From NCBI GenBank assembly GCA_963422735.1, contig OY730476.1:1408001-1472000 (forward strand): a DNA stretch of 64,000 nucleotides, written 5' to 3'. Position numbers and translations under genes: made by a program. Of this stretch, positions 30,456-42,791 are shown in pieces. Positions within the stretch are counted from its first letter, which is position 1; the number at the start of each line of letters is the position of its first letter. The notes beneath the pieces are model-generated. The model had not been told where the DNA came from. It was given only the letters and a program-made list of their open reading frames with translations, and made no database searches. This stretch comes from Candidatus Latescibacterota bacterium (GTDB taxonomy: Bacteria; Latescibacterota; UBA2968; UBA8231).

Positions 30456-31814
30456 TCACCCCACATCTGCCACCGCCTCGCCTAATACCCGCACCTGCCC
30501 CTCGTCCTCGGCATTGACCCTAAACAAACACCCGTCGCACCCGTGCCCAGCCACCGCCTCGCCCAAAGCCCGCACCAGCTCGGGGGCCGCTCCCGCTGAA
30601 AGAGGCGGATACAGCGGCACCGCTCCACTGGTCTGCGTTTTTAAGCGAGCTACTTCCCGCTCGTACAGGGCGGCGATGGGCAAAGGACCTTTCGCCACCC
30701 CGGTCGCTGTCTCTGGTAAGTCCAAGTCCTCCACTCCGAACATGCGCCACACCAAAGCCAACACCTCGCTCTCGTCCAAGCCTTGAGCACGACGACACAA
30801 AGCCGCAGTCCACTCCCGCGCCAAGTTGGTCACCCCGGTCGCCCAACCCACCACGCCTCCGTGCGAACTCCCCCCCGTGAGAAAATCCGTCGCCTCCTCC
30901 CACTTGCCGTACCAATGCCCGCCCAACAGCCCTGTGGAGGCGGGAAACACATCGCTGCCAAAGACTTTGTCGCGGCCCCCAGCCTCCTGCACGGCCGCGC
31001 GAAATTCTCTCATGCGCTCGGCCAGTATATGGGCGCGGAACTGCACCCAATCGAGCACGGCCCCATCTTGGGCTAATAAGCCCAAAAAGTCCATCAAACC
31101 TGGACGCCCCGCAGCCAAGGCCCGCACCTCGGCCAAAGTCAATTGCTCTAGGCGTTGGCGCAGGGCCAGTACGCCACGCCGCATAGCCGCAAAATCGTAG
31201 CCCAAGCGGACGGCTTCGTCTTGGCAGCTAGCACAGCCGCAGGCCATCAGGCTGTGCACATTGGCCGGAGCCGGATAGCGAGCGTGGTCCACATCAAAGC
31301 CGTCGATAGCGTAGCGCTGCACCGCTTCGACCAAGCAGTCGCACGTCCACTCGTTGATCGCCTTGCGGCTCGGACACAGGCCAATGCCCCACTCCTGATA
31401 GCGCCTATCCAATGGCCGCCCCTCCAGATCGCGCAGGGCGTATTCGGGATAGACCTCGCCGCCGTAGCTCCACAAGCCGATGTGCCCCCACACTTCGATC
31501 CCCGCGCCTTTGCACGCCTCGATGACGCGCCGCAAGGGCGCATCGTCAAAGCCGCTGATAATCCCCGCCACTGGTGGGTACACGCCCTCCGCCCCGGTCG
31601 GCCAAGCATCGAGACGCTGGCGCCAGTCCTCAAAAGGCCCTCGCTTGGCCAACTCTGCCGAGGCGCTAAAGCCCGAGGTATGGCACACCGGACTTTCGGG
31701 CATGATCGTCGTCAGGCCGACGGCGTCCTTGAGCTTTTGCAGGGACTCGGGATGCTGGGCCACGTATTCAGTGTGGCAGAACCAGATGCGGCGGGATTTG
31801 TGAGTGGGCTTCAT
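30456..31814 (-). CDS. Hypothetical protein, glycoside-hydrolase-like TIM barrel
   Basis: LCPS...YAIDGFDVDHARYP recalls GHL10-like proteins; ATG overlaps the nudix stop. Confidence 0.6.
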   Translation of the reverse strand: MKPTHKSRRIWFCHTEYVAQHPESLQKLKDAVGLTTIMPESPVCHTSGFSASAELAKRGPFEDWRQRLDAWPTGAEGVYPPVAGIISGFDDAPLRRVIEACKGAGIEVWGHIGLWSYGGEVYPEYALRDLEGRPLDRRYQEWGIGLCPSRKAINEWTCDCLVEAVQRYAIDGFDVDHARYPAPANVHSLMACGCASCQDEAVRLGYDFAAMRRGVLALRQRLEQLTLAEVRALAAGRPGLMDFLGLLAQDGAVLDWVQFRAHILAERMREFRAAVQEAGGRDKVFGSDVFPASTGLLGGHWYGKWEEATDFLTGGSSHGGVVGWATGVTNLAREWTAALCRRAQGLDESEVLALVWRMFGVEDLDLPETATGVAKGPLPIAALYEREVARLKTQTSGAVPLYPPLSAGAAPELVRALGEAVAGHGCDGCLFRVNAEDEGQVRVLGEAVADVG

Positions 31815-32410
31815 GTTTTGTCTGACTCCATCCAAGCGACCAACTGGCGCGCGATTCGAAAGGTCAGTCCCCACAACAGCGGCCGACCCGGCCCCAACAG
31901 GTCGAGCGCTGGAAAGGCCTGTTCTTCGCCGCGGCGTCGCAGCCGGTACTGGGTCCGGTTGCCGGGGTCGCGCAGTTGGTCGGCCCCCACCCAAAAAGCC
32001 TTTTCGACCTCTTGGCTGAGGACCAAGTCTGCTGGCGTCTCCAAACGATAGACAAAACCAGATACCACCACCGGCAGCATCTGCCCGGTCAAGTCGTCGA
32101 GCCGCCCCCAATACTCGGCAGCTAACAGATCGAGCCCGACCTCCTCCAAGGTCTCGCGCTCGGCCGCGGCTCGTGGCGAGGGGTCGTCTGCCTCAATGCG
32201 CCCGCCGGGAAAGGCGATGTGCCCGGACCAAGGATCGTCCGGGTGGCGGGCGCGTTCGATAAAGAGCAACTGCAAGTCCCTCGGCGTCGGTCCCAAGACT
32301 ACGGCTACTGCGGCCCGCGTCTTGTCCGTAGAGCCTACCAAGTGGGGCCGGTGCTGGGCGAGCCCCACCTGCACCGCGGCCCAAACGCCTAGTCCGATGG
32401 CCGCTTCCAA
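31811..32410 (-). CDS. Nudix CoA pyrophosphatase
   Basis: WSGHIAFPGG, AAERETLEEVG, LWGLT. Confidence 0.9.
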   Translation of the reverse strand: MEAAIGLGVWAAVQVGLAQHRPHLVGSTDKTRAAVAVVLGPTPRDLQLLFIERARHPDDPWSGHIAFPGGRIEADDPSPRAAAERETLEEVGLDLLAAEYWGRLDDLTGQMLPVVVSGFVYRLETPADLVLSQEVEKAFWVGADQLRDPGNRTQYRLRRRGEEQAFPALDLLGPGRPLLWGLTFRIARQLVAWMESDKT

Positions 32411-32413
32411 TCG

Positions 32414-33877
32414 CTAAATGTCGTCAAAAGGATAGAGTTTGCGGCCTAGTCGCTTAAAGGCCAGTTTGCCCTCAGCCGGAGCGTGTACCGACGGTTCGGA
32501 GATCACTTGGATCTGGCCAGCCCACGACTCAAAACCTGCGCGGAAGTGAGCCGCGGACTTGACGCCGACATAGCGCATTTGCTTCGGGTCCAAATCCAAG
32601 GTGCGGGAAAACGCCGTGCAAAACGGTTGCTCGCGCTTGTTCACCAACAGCACGTGTACCCCGCCTTGGCGGATGTGGGCCGAGGGCCCCATGGTGCCAT
32701 CTAGGCCAGCGTACATAGGCCCGTCGTAGCGAAAGCGGCCGTCAGTCAAAGCCACCACCTCGGCCCGCATAGAACGAGGCTCGCCCTGCAACGGGGACGC
32801 CTTGCCGCCTACCTCTAAATCGAGCACCGCACCGACGCCCGCTTGGTGGCAGGCGGCCACCGCTGCGGGATCAACGATGTACAGCACGCAGGCGTCTTGC
32901 AGGTCAGCCGCCAAAAAAGCTCGCAGTAACCCCGTGCTGTCGCCGGGCGATCCGCCGCCGGTATTGTCGTTGCGATCGGCCAAGATTACGGGGTAACGCC
33001 CCGTCCTTGCGGCCTCTTGCAGTGCTTCCGCGGTAGAGGGCATGGCCGCCTGCCAGTCGGCCCGGTGCTCCCAGAGCCAAGCGGCCAGCTCATCGGCGCA
33101 GGATTGGGCCAGAGCAGGGTCGTTGTCAGTGGCCACGTACACTGAAGCACCCATATCGGGAATGTCGGCTAGGGGGAAACAGGTGGCTATGGAGCCGCAG
33201 ATCACGCCGGGTCGCGCCTCAATTTGGTGCAAGTATTCGATGGCCTGGCGCATGGGCGGATGAGCCGTAACTTGGTTCATGCCCCAGACTAGGGGCAGTT
33301 GGTGCAAGGCCATGGTCGGCCGCAGGCCTTCCCGCACCATGCGCACCAGCACATCGGCGCACTCGCGGCCCCTCGGTGCCATATCGACCTCTGGATAGGT
33401 CTCCCGCCCAATCAGGACATCGGCGGCTTCGATCATATCTTGGGAGACATTGGAGTGGATGTCCAATTGCCCGACGATGGGCATATCCGGGCCGACCAAA
33501 CGGCGCACGGCAGCTAGGATATGCCCATCGGCATCGTCAATGCCCTCGGCCACCATGGCCCCGTGCAATTCCAATAAAACCCCGTCGATAGCACCCGCTG
33601 CCTCGATGCCGTCAACCAATTCGCCCACGAGCCCATCAAAAATGGAGCGGGGCGTCGGGGCGCTGGGAAAAGCCTCGGCTAAAATCGTCGGCACTACTTC
33701 AAAGCCGTGCGCCTCGGCCCCTTCGATAAAACCGCCGATGGGCGTATTGACCCCAGCAAAGCGCTCGACAATTTTCGCCCCGTGGAGATAGCTGCGCTCC
33801 CGGAAACTGTCCAACGTGGTGGCTACGTTCGTGAAGGTACTGCTCTCGTGGGAAATGCCTCCGATTGCTACGCGCAT
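32414..33877 (-). CDS. M81 metallopeptidase (MlrC family)
   Basis: ISHESSTF, LHGAMV, LDIHSN, DNTGGG, VKSAAHFRA. Confidence 0.92.
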   Translation of the reverse strand: MRVAIGGISHESSTFTNVATTLDSFRERSYLHGAKIVERFAGVNTPIGGFIEGAEAHGFEVVPTILAEAFPSAPTPRSIFDGLVGELVDGIEAAGAIDGVLLELHGAMVAEGIDDADGHILAAVRRLVGPDMPIVGQLDIHSNVSQDMIEAADVLIGRETYPEVDMAPRGRECADVLVRMVREGLRPTMALHQLPLVWGMNQVTAHPPMRQAIEYLHQIEARPGVICGSIATCFPLADIPDMGASVYVATDNDPALAQSCADELAAWLWEHRADWQAAMPSTAEALQEAARTGRYPVILADRNDNTGGGSPGDSTGLLRAFLAADLQDACVLYIVDPAAVAACHQAGVGAVLDLEVGGKASPLQGEPRSMRAEVVALTDGRFRYDGPMYAGLDGTMGPSAHIRQGGVHVLLVNKREQPFCTAFSRTLDLDPKQMRYVGVKSAAHFRAGFESWAGQIQVISEPSVHAPAEGKLAFKRLGRKLYPFDDI

Positions 33878-33958
33878 CGGATGCTCCTTTCTGTTCTATT
33901 TTTGCTCCTATCTGAAGCCATCTCATAGGTGCCCCGTCCCTGCGCTGGTCTAAACAGC

Positions 33959-33983
33959 GGGTGACCACAAGGGTCGCCCCTAC
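33959..33983 (-). repeat. GTAG-family REP-like element
   Basis: Minus strand GTAGGGGCGACCCTTGTGGTCACCC hairpin. Confidence 0.6.
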
Positions 33984-34022
33984 CTAGATGACGTATTTCA
34001 GAGTGTACGAGATAACTTCCTG

Positions 34023-34283
34023 TCACTTCGACTCCGACAGGCGGGCGAAGACTTCGCTTACCGTCATGTCCTCAATGAGCAGCCGCTTGTCCCGTGCCTT
34101 GTGTCCCCGCACAATATGCACCCTGCGCTTGGCAACCTTGAGCCGCTTCGCCAGCAGGGCCACCACCGCGTCGTTGGCCTTGCCGCCTTCCGGGGCTGCT
34201 GTCACCCACGCTGTTATCCTGTCGCCATCGACCTCGACGCTGTTGCGCCCGGCCTTCGGCTGCACTTTGATATCGAACTCCAT
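34023..34283 (-). CDS. DUF167/YggU family protein
   Basis: VQPKA, APEGGKAN, IVRGHKARDK. Confidence 0.9.
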   Translation of the reverse strand: MEFDIKVQPKAGRNSVEVDGDRITAWVTAAPEGGKANDAVVALLAKRLKVAKRRVHIVRGHKARDKRLLIEDMTVSEVFARLSESK

Positions 34284-34709
34284 GCGCTGTGCCCACTAAA
34301 TCAACGCAAACCAGTCCTTGTCCACTTCCACCACCTCGACCATCTTCGCGGACACGCCAAGATTGAGTTCCTTCATTTTATCCATCAGCAATTCGCCGTC
34401 AATTAAGTCTATCGGCGTCGCTCCGTCCCGCGTAGCTTCCTTCGGCTGGGGCGACTTTCCTAGTTTCGGCTTGTTTGCCAGATCGCTTCTGCTTCAGGTA
34501 TCGCTGATAAGAAGCAATAACTTCTTTGGAATCAACGCGTTGTGTCTCCCGCCCTGTATCGCTAAGAGACCACACGCCTCTCTCCAAATTATCAATTAAG
34601 CCGTAGTTTTTAAGGTAGGTTCCCGCAAAGCCCAATCGGTACTCTAGCTCTGTCATGCGTTTTCGCCCGCGAGGTATTTTTTGTCCTCGATTGCAAGGTA
34701 TTTGAGTAA

Positions 34710-34998
34710 CGGAATTTCCTAGTGTACGGTTGGGGATTCCGGTTTCATGTAGGCGGTATCACTCGGCTGGCCCGTAGCCCTCGTCCGGGCCAGCGCGGCT
34801 CCCCGCGTTGATGTTCCGAGGCCCGTCGCCGGGTACCCTTCGCCAAGGGGGCGGATGGAACGGACCACTAACCACTAACCACTAACCACTAACCACTAAC
34901 CACTGACCACTGACCACTAACCACTAACCACTAACCACTGACCACTAACCACTGACCACTAACCACTGATTAAACAATCCTTATTCTAGGAAAGTCCG
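34710..34998. mobile_element. 289-bp MITE, IS1595 family ISNha5-like ends
   Basis: TIRs CGGAATTTCCTAG / CTAGGAAAGTCCG; 8-bp duplication TTGAGTAA at 34702-34709 and 34999-35006. Confidence 0.85.
34864..34968 (+). repeat. Heptamer tandem array (ACCACTR)x15
   Basis: Direct count: 10 ACCACTA and 5 ACCACTG. Confidence 0.95.
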
Positions 34999-35197
34999 TT
35001 GAGTAATAGCATCAGACAGACCCATATCTTCAATTACTTGATTGGCGATTTCTCGCTTGGAAGCACTGCCTCCAAGCGCGTGGAGCGCAGCAAGTGTCGG
35101 ATTTAGTAGATCAGGATTCTTCGGGATGTCATCTGCATTGCCATTGTCAATCATCGCAAAAACTCCTTTTCAGATTTTCAGGATTACCCGCGTCCCT

Positions 35198-35986
35198 TTA
35201 CTGCCTAATATGCGGTGCCTCCATCACGGCTCGCTCCTCCTCAGTCATGTCCTCGATGTAGGAAAAATATGTCGTCTGGTGCGCTCCCGAGCCATAGGAC
35301 AGAGTGCCAGGGCCGAACTTGTACAGCAGCGCCCGCCGCTCGTGCGCGGCCGTCCACGGCAGCGTGCCGTGCGTCAAGGTCTCGGTGAAGATCACTGCGT
35401 CGCCGGCCTTGCCGTTTACTTCGAGCACGTGCTCTTGATGCTTTTCCCACTTAATCATGCTCTGCGGACAGGCGAGGTTGGCCTTGTGGCTACCCGGTAT
35501 CACGGCCACACCCCCGTCGCCCGGCCCCTCATTGGCTAGTAGATACTCGACCACGGTCAGCCCGGTGAAGATGCGGTCGTTTTTAAAGAAGTACACTTCC
35601 GATATATCCTTGCGCTCCACTCCGCCGCCGTGCAAAAGCCCACCCTCGCAGCCCGCGTCCATGGCGATCAGCCCCGGCCCGTGGTCGAGGCGATACCCCC
35701 GGCCCAGGATTTCTTCGAGATAGGGCTTGACCTTGGGATGTACCAGCAGCTTGCGAAACGGCTCGCACCAAGGATGCTCCCAAGCCAACATGCCGCCCAA
35801 GTCCTTGCGCCGCGAGGTGCCTTGCATCGCCTGTGAGTCTCCGGCCAGCGAGCGGTCTATCTCGCCCATAAGGTCGCGGTGGCAGTCGATGCCGGCGTTG
35901 AGTTCGGCCACCTCCTCGGCGAGCAGCACATCTTTGAGGACCAAATAGCCCGTCAGGTCAAAGAGGTATTTGTCGTCTGCGTTCAT
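35198..35986 (-). CDS. Phytanoyl-CoA dioxygenase (PhyH) family
   Basis: YLFDLTGYLVL, LHGG, IPGSHKAN, KAGD..IFTETLTHG. Confidence 0.9.
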   Translation of the reverse strand: MNADDKYLFDLTGYLVLKDVLLAEEVAELNAGIDCHRDLMGEIDRSLAGDSQAMQGTSRRKDLGGMLAWEHPWCEPFRKLLVHPKVKPYLEEILGRGYRLDHGPGLIAMDAGCEGGLLHGGGVERKDISEVYFFKNDRIFTGLTVVEYLLANEGPGDGGVAVIPGSHKANLACPQSMIKWEKHQEHVLEVNGKAGDAVIFTETLTHGTLPWTAAHERRALLYKFGPGTLSYGSGAHQTTYFSYIEDMTEEERAVMEAPHIRQ

Positions 35987-36083
35987 GGGAGGGCTCCTTA
36001 TAGAGAGGTAGGCTGAGAAGATGGCAAATTAGCGAGCAGCAGAGTAGCCCATTATCGCTGATTTTCCGTAATTATTGCAAGTC

Positions 36084-38014
<1,931 letters not shown>

Positions 38015-38018
<4 letters not shown>

Positions 38019-38401
38019 AACGCAAAAACATAGCGACCAGCAGCGCGTTTGGCGCGGAGTTCGGTTATTCGCGCGCCGTGCGCATAGACCGGCATGTCCA
38101 CATCGCTGGCACCTGCGCCCAGCCGCCTCATGACCAAGGCGATGCCTACGAGCAGGCCAAGGGTGCATTGCAGATCATATCCGCAGCCCTCGCCGAGGCC
38201 GGCGCTAGCCTCGGTGACGTGGTGCGGACGGTCGTGTACATCACCGATGTGGCCCATGCTGCTGGTGTCACCGGTGCTCACCGCGAAGTGTTTGGCGAGA
38301 TTTTGCCGGCTTCGACCTTGGTCGTCGTAGCCGCGCTGCTAAAGCCGCATCTGGTCGTCGAGATCGAAGCCTACGCCATTTTGCCCACCGAAAGCGCGTG
38401 A
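38015..38401 (+). CDS. RidA/YjgF family protein
   Basis: GYSRAVR, DVVRT, VEIEA. Confidence 0.9.
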
Positions 38402-39471
38402 ACAAAGATAACCAGCTCCTATCCATCGGCGTGTTGGGCTGCGGCCCCATCGCCCAATTCGCCCACTTTGAGTCGTGCATCAAGGCCCGCAATACGCGCC
38501 TGTACGCGCTCTGCGACCAAGCGCCGGACTTAGTCGAGCGCATGGCTGCCATTCACCAGCCGGAGAAAACCTACGCCGACTTTGCCGACATGCTCGCGGA
38601 TCCGCAGGTGGAAGCGGTCATTATCGCCACGGCCGACGCGTTCCACGTCCCGCTCAGCTTGCAGGCATTGGCCGCGGGCAAACACGTCTTCGTGGAAAAG
38701 CCCATGGGCATAAGCGTGGAGGAATGCGAAGCACTGCGTCGGGCCGTAGTCGCCTCGGGCTGCAAGCTCCAAGTAGGGCACATGAAGCGCTTCGATCCCG
38801 GCATGGTCTTTGCCCGGCAGTTCATCTGCGAGGAGATGGGGTCGCTTTTGGCCCTGAAGGCTTGGTATTGCGATTCGACCTATCGCTATACTATGACCGA
38901 CAACCTCCAGCCTCTGCCCCTGCACAGCGATCAGGCACGCAAACCAGCGGGCAATCCCAAAGGCGACAAGCGGCGCTACTTCATGCTAACCCACGGCTCG
39001 CATCTCATCGACATAGCCCGCTTTTTGGGCGGTCCGCTCGCGGCCGTGCGCGGGCGGTGCAAGGAGATGTTCGGGGCGTATTCTTGGTTTGTCGAAGTGG
39101 AGTTTGCCAATGGCGGCCAAGGGCATCTCGACCTGACGGTCGCCGTGCGCATGGACTACCACGAGGGCTTTCACATCTATGGAGAGCACGGCAGCGTCGT
39201 CGGCAAAACCTACCTGCCGTGGTTTCTGAAATCCAGCGACGTCGAGTGCTTCTCCACGCGCGATGGCCAATATCGTCGGCCGCTAGGGGCCGACGCGCAT
39301 TTCTATCGACTCCAGCTCGAAGATTTTGCCGATGCCGTCCTGCACGGCGCGCCCCAAATGGGGGCCGATGTGGAGGATGGAACCCAAGCGATGCGGGCGA
39401 TGGCCGCCATTGCCCGCTCGGTCACCAGCGGCGATTGGGCCCGTTTGGAGACCGTCACCGGCGGCATCTAG
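38398..39471 (+). CDS. Gfo/Idh/MocA oxidoreductase
   Basis: GCGPIA, GKHVFVEKP, HGSHLID. Confidence 0.92.
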   Translation: MNKDNQLLSIGVLGCGPIAQFAHFESCIKARNTRLYALCDQAPDLVERMAAIHQPEKTYADFADMLADPQVEAVIIATADAFHVPLSLQALAAGKHVFVEKPMGISVEECEALRRAVVASGCKLQVGHMKRFDPGMVFARQFICEEMGSLLALKAWYCDSTYRYTMTDNLQPLPLHSDQARKPAGNPKGDKRRYFMLTHGSHLIDIARFLGGPLAAVRGRCKEMFGAYSWFVEVEFANGGQGHLDLTVAVRMDYHEGFHIYGEHGSVVGKTYLPWFLKSSDVECFSTRDGQYRRPLGADAHFYRLQLEDFADAVLHGAPQMGADVEDGTQAMRAMAAIARSVTSGDWARLETVTGGI

Positions 39472-39483
39472 CACAGCGGATCA

Positions 39484-41025
39484 ATGCCCATGTCCTCGTC
39501 CAGTCCCCGCTTCTGGCCCCTCTATCTGCTCGGAGGAGGCATCGTCCTGGCACTCCTGCTGATATGGTTGCCCGAATCCTCCCATCGCCAGCGACAGGTT
39601 CAGGGCACTATGGCCATCTTCATTCTCGCCATTTTCTTCACTTTGCTCTGGTTGCTCTTCGCGTCGCGGCTGGCCTGGGGACAGCGCCTGCGCTATTTCG
39701 GCGGCGCCGTCCTTGTTATTGCGCTTGGTTTCGGGTTTTTTCGCATTAAAGGTATGAGCGGCGACTTCGCACCGATCCTCGAATGGCGTTGGAGTACCAA
39801 GGACGAAGCCGCCGTCGAAGGAGGAGACGCAACCGCGCTCGACGCCCGCGATTGGCCGCAATTTCTCGGCCCCGAGCGCAACAACCGGCTTAGCGGCGTC
39901 CACCTCGAGCGCGACTGGGACAAGCACCCGCCGCGCGAAATCTGGCGTCGCCCCGTCGGCTCAGCTTGGTCCTCCTTTGCCATTGTTGGCGACCGGGCCG
40001 TAACCCAAGAGCAACACGGCCCCGAGGAGCAGGTCGTCTGCTACAACTTGGCAACGGGCCGCAAGCTCTGGCATCGCGCCGATTCGACCCGCTACGAGAC
40101 CGTCATAGCCGGCATCGGCCCCCGCGCTACTCCTACCATTGCTGGAGACCAAGTTTTCACTATGGGCGCTACTGGCATCCTCAATTGCCTAGATCTGGCC
40201 AGCGGGGCGCTGATTTGGTCGCGGGACATCCTCGCCGACAACCGGGCTGAGGCCCATACGTGGGGCATTAGCTGTTCGCCGCTGGTCCTCGACACCTTGG
40301 TCGTGGTCAGCGCCGGAGGCCCGGATGAGCGCTCGCTAGTTGCCTACCACCGTCAAAACGGCGCGTTTGTATGGGGCGGGGGCGCAGACAAGGCCGGCTT
40401 CAGTTCGCCGCGTCTGGTCACTTTGGCTGGACGCGAGCAGATCCTGATCTTCAACAACTACAGCGTCGTCGCGCACGATCCGCAAAGCGGATCTCCCCTC
40501 TGGCGTCATCCCTGGAATCAGGTCGAATGCGTTGCCAACCCCCTGCTCTTGCCCGGGGACCGAATTCTGGCGTCCACCGGCTACGGCATTGGTGCCAAGC
40601 TGTATCAAGTGAACGCCGCGCCCGACGGCGGATTGACGAGCGATATCGTCTGGGAAAGCCCTCGGCTCAAGGCCAAATTTGCCAACATGGTCTATCGCGA
40701 TGGTTTTGTCTATGGCCTTGACGATGGAGTCCTGGTCTGCCTCGACCCGCAAGACGGCAAGCGTCGCTGGAAGCGCGGGCGCTACGGCCACGGCCAGCTC
40801 ATCCTGATAGACGATATCCTGCTGATAATGAGCGAATCGGGCGACGTGGTGCTGGTCGAGGCTCGCCCCGACCGCCACGTAGAACTAGCGCGCATGACGG
40901 CCTTCGCTGGCAAAACTTGGAATCCCCCGGCCCTTGCCGCGCCCTATCTGTTAGTACGCACTGACAGCGAGGCCGCCTGCTACGAGTTGGCACTTGCAGA
41001 CGGTGCCCAAGCGCAGCGCTTCTAA
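39484..41025 (+). CDS. Membrane-anchored PQQ-like beta-propeller protein
   Basis: Three N-terminal TM helices; DWPQFLGP, GPRATP, KTWNPPA. Confidence 0.87.
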   Translation: MPMSSSSPRFWPLYLLGGGIVLALLLIWLPESSHRQRQVQGTMAIFILAIFFTLLWLLFASRLAWGQRLRYFGGAVLVIALGFGFFRIKGMSGDFAPILEWRWSTKDEAAVEGGDATALDARDWPQFLGPERNNRLSGVHLERDWDKHPPREIWRRPVGSAWSSFAIVGDRAVTQEQHGPEEQVVCYNLATGRKLWHRADSTRYETVIAGIGPRATPTIAGDQVFTMGATGILNCLDLASGALIWSRDILADNRAEAHTWGISCSPLVLDTLVVVSAGGPDERSLVAYHRQNGAFVWGGGADKAGFSSPRLVTLAGREQILIFNNYSVVAHDPQSGSPLWRHPWNQVECVANPLLLPGDRILASTGYGIGAKLYQVNAAPDGGLTSDIVWESPRLKAKFANMVYRDGFVYGLDDGVLVCLDPQDGKRRWKRGRYGHGQLILIDDILLIMSESGDVVLVEARPDRHVELARMTAFAGKTWNPPALAAPYLLVRTDSEAACYELALADGAQAQRF

Positions 41026-41183
41026 CAAGGCCATGGGTCCGTTAGCTATTCCGTCCTTCGCCATCGGGCAAGCCAGCCCGCGCTCCCGCGTCTTTTATTT
41101 TGCTGTGCCGACGCAACCGGGCGGATTTGCCCGCTACCGCTATAATCTGAATTGGTAGTACCTCTTATATAAGGAAGAAAGTC

Positions 41184-42053
41184 ATGGAAGACTATTCACA
41201 CATTCAGAAGCCGAACTTGGGCTACCGCTATGAGTTCTCCACCGACGAACTTGACGCGATGGACGGATGCTTGGAGACGCACGGCTTCGCAGTGATCAAA
41301 GACGCGTTGCCGCCAGAGTTCGTCGCCAAACTCAAGCAGGCGGTGTGGGACGGCACGGACCCGGAGCACACGTTGCAACCGGGCGAGAGCCGCACGCGGC
41401 ACGCGTGGATCGAGTCTGGCCCAGGTGCTTGGGAGGTACTCGACTACGAGCCTTTCATGGACATTCACCGGCACCTGATCGGCACCGACGAACTGACGAT
41501 CCACCGCTCAGCTGCCATCATCCGCCGGACCGGCTCAGCTCCCGTGGGATGGCATACCGACTGGTGCGGTTATTCGACCGAGATCAAGCACTCGGGCGAC
41601 ATCCTCAACCGAGGGCTGTGGCCTTCGGGCAAGTGGTTTTACCTGACCGGTTCGCGGCCCGAGCACGGCGGCCTATGCGTCATAGAGGATTCCCACATCG
41701 AAGGCTGGGAGGGGCCGGAGGGATTCAGCATGACGGCCGATCGGCGCTCCTTCTATCCAGAGGGCACGGAGGAACGCGGCTACAATGGATTCGACATCCC
41801 CGGCCTCGTCCCCCTCTTCACCAACGGCGGCGACATGATCGTCTTCGCCCATCGCACGTATCACGGCGCGTTCCCCAACCGAATTGAAGAAACGCGCCTG
41901 TCTTGCGGCATCGGCTTCCGCGCCCGCAGCCACCGCATCGACATCCCTTGGGAAATCCCAGAGGAAGGCCAGTGGTTTTTGGCCAACCTACCCGATCGCT
42001 TGCGCCGCTATACGGACGGGTACACGAGCATCAACTTAGAGTGGCAGGGATGA
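41184..42053 (+). CDS. Phytanoyl-CoA dioxygenase (PhyH) family
   Basis: WHTD facial-triad start, VIEDSH, GDMIVF...HGA..N. Confidence 0.85.
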   Translation: MEDYSHIQKPNLGYRYEFSTDELDAMDGCLETHGFAVIKDALPPEFVAKLKQAVWDGTDPEHTLQPGESRTRHAWIESGPGAWEVLDYEPFMDIHRHLIGTDELTIHRSAAIIRRTGSAPVGWHTDWCGYSTEIKHSGDILNRGLWPSGKWFYLTGSRPEHGGLCVIEDSHIEGWEGPEGFSMTADRRSFYPEGTEERGYNGFDIPGLVPLFTNGGDMIVFAHRTYHGAFPNRIEETRLSCGIGFRARSHRIDIPWEIPEEGQWFLANLPDRLRRYTDGYTSINLEWQG

Positions 42054-42136
42054 TCGGAGTTTTTCGTTGCGCGGGATGTTGTAGCCCCGTCCTCATGACC
42101 TCCGAACAAAACGCCTTGGAACAGTACTACCTGCTG

Positions 42137-42714
42137 TAGTGAACTGACCAGGGCTAATCTTCGCGGCGCGGGCGTGCCACGGTTGATGGTAGATGTAGGG
42201 TGGCTCAAGCACCGCCTGCTGAACTGCGGTCAATTCCGAGACCCATGTCCGGCTGCGTGAACTCGTAGTGCAGATACTTCGGCGTGTAAAGGTGTAGCAC
42301 GACCGTTTTGGTGACATACCAAGACGTGATCCAGCTTGGTTTTGCCATCCCCTTCCGGATCGTAAAGCCGATAGTCAAGCAGCCAGAACCGATCCCGAAC
42401 CGGATGGACATAAACACAGGCGACCACCCCAAGGCTGTTGGAGGGCCCTTGGGCGTTACCGCTATATTGACGACGCCAGCGTACCGCTTGGCCAAAACCG
42501 TGTCATCGAAGAGGACATAGCCCTTTTGACTCTATTCGATGTGAGGTTGGACGTTTTCCCACACCCAGCGCGGCGGAATGCGATCACTGGATAGATACCG
42601 GTTTATCGTAGCATGACTGAACGCTTCGCTATGGTCTGCGAAAGGGGTGAGGGCATAGGTGATAGGGCCGCTGAGCAGATACGGACACTAATCGCGTCGA
42701 GGGCGTAAGTCCTA
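42137..42714 (-). mobile_element. IS701-family transposase remnant
   Basis: Fragments VWENV, GYVLFDDTVL, CVYVHP...DYRLYDPEGDGKTKLDHV; end resembles TAGGACTTACGC. Confidence 0.75.
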
Positions 42715-42791
42715 ATTAAGAACGAGATGCCGACGAAAAGAGGCTCCGTTCTGGCTATCTATCAAGCAATGATTCAATAGCCGACGAAAAA

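Larger units (their letters stand above)
34296..35154 (-). pseudogene. mrr: Mrr type IV restriction endonuclease, MITE-interrupted and internally deleted
   Basis: LLNPTLAALHALGGSAS...ITQ | MITE | IP...TELEYRLGFAGTYLKNYGLIDN..RGVW; catalytic core missing; C-terminus EATRDGATPIDLIDG...VDKDWF in another frame. Confidence 0.85.

Noticed and set aside
34864-34968. CRISPR array or telomere
   Set aside because: 7-bp units without spacers, internal to a TIR/TSD-bounded element; no cas genes.
38475-39749. Long alternative-frame ORFs (also 15785-16573, 31155-32051, 55273-56145, 56743-57708)
   Set aside because: Shadow ORFs overlapping well-supported genes, with no recognisable motifs.
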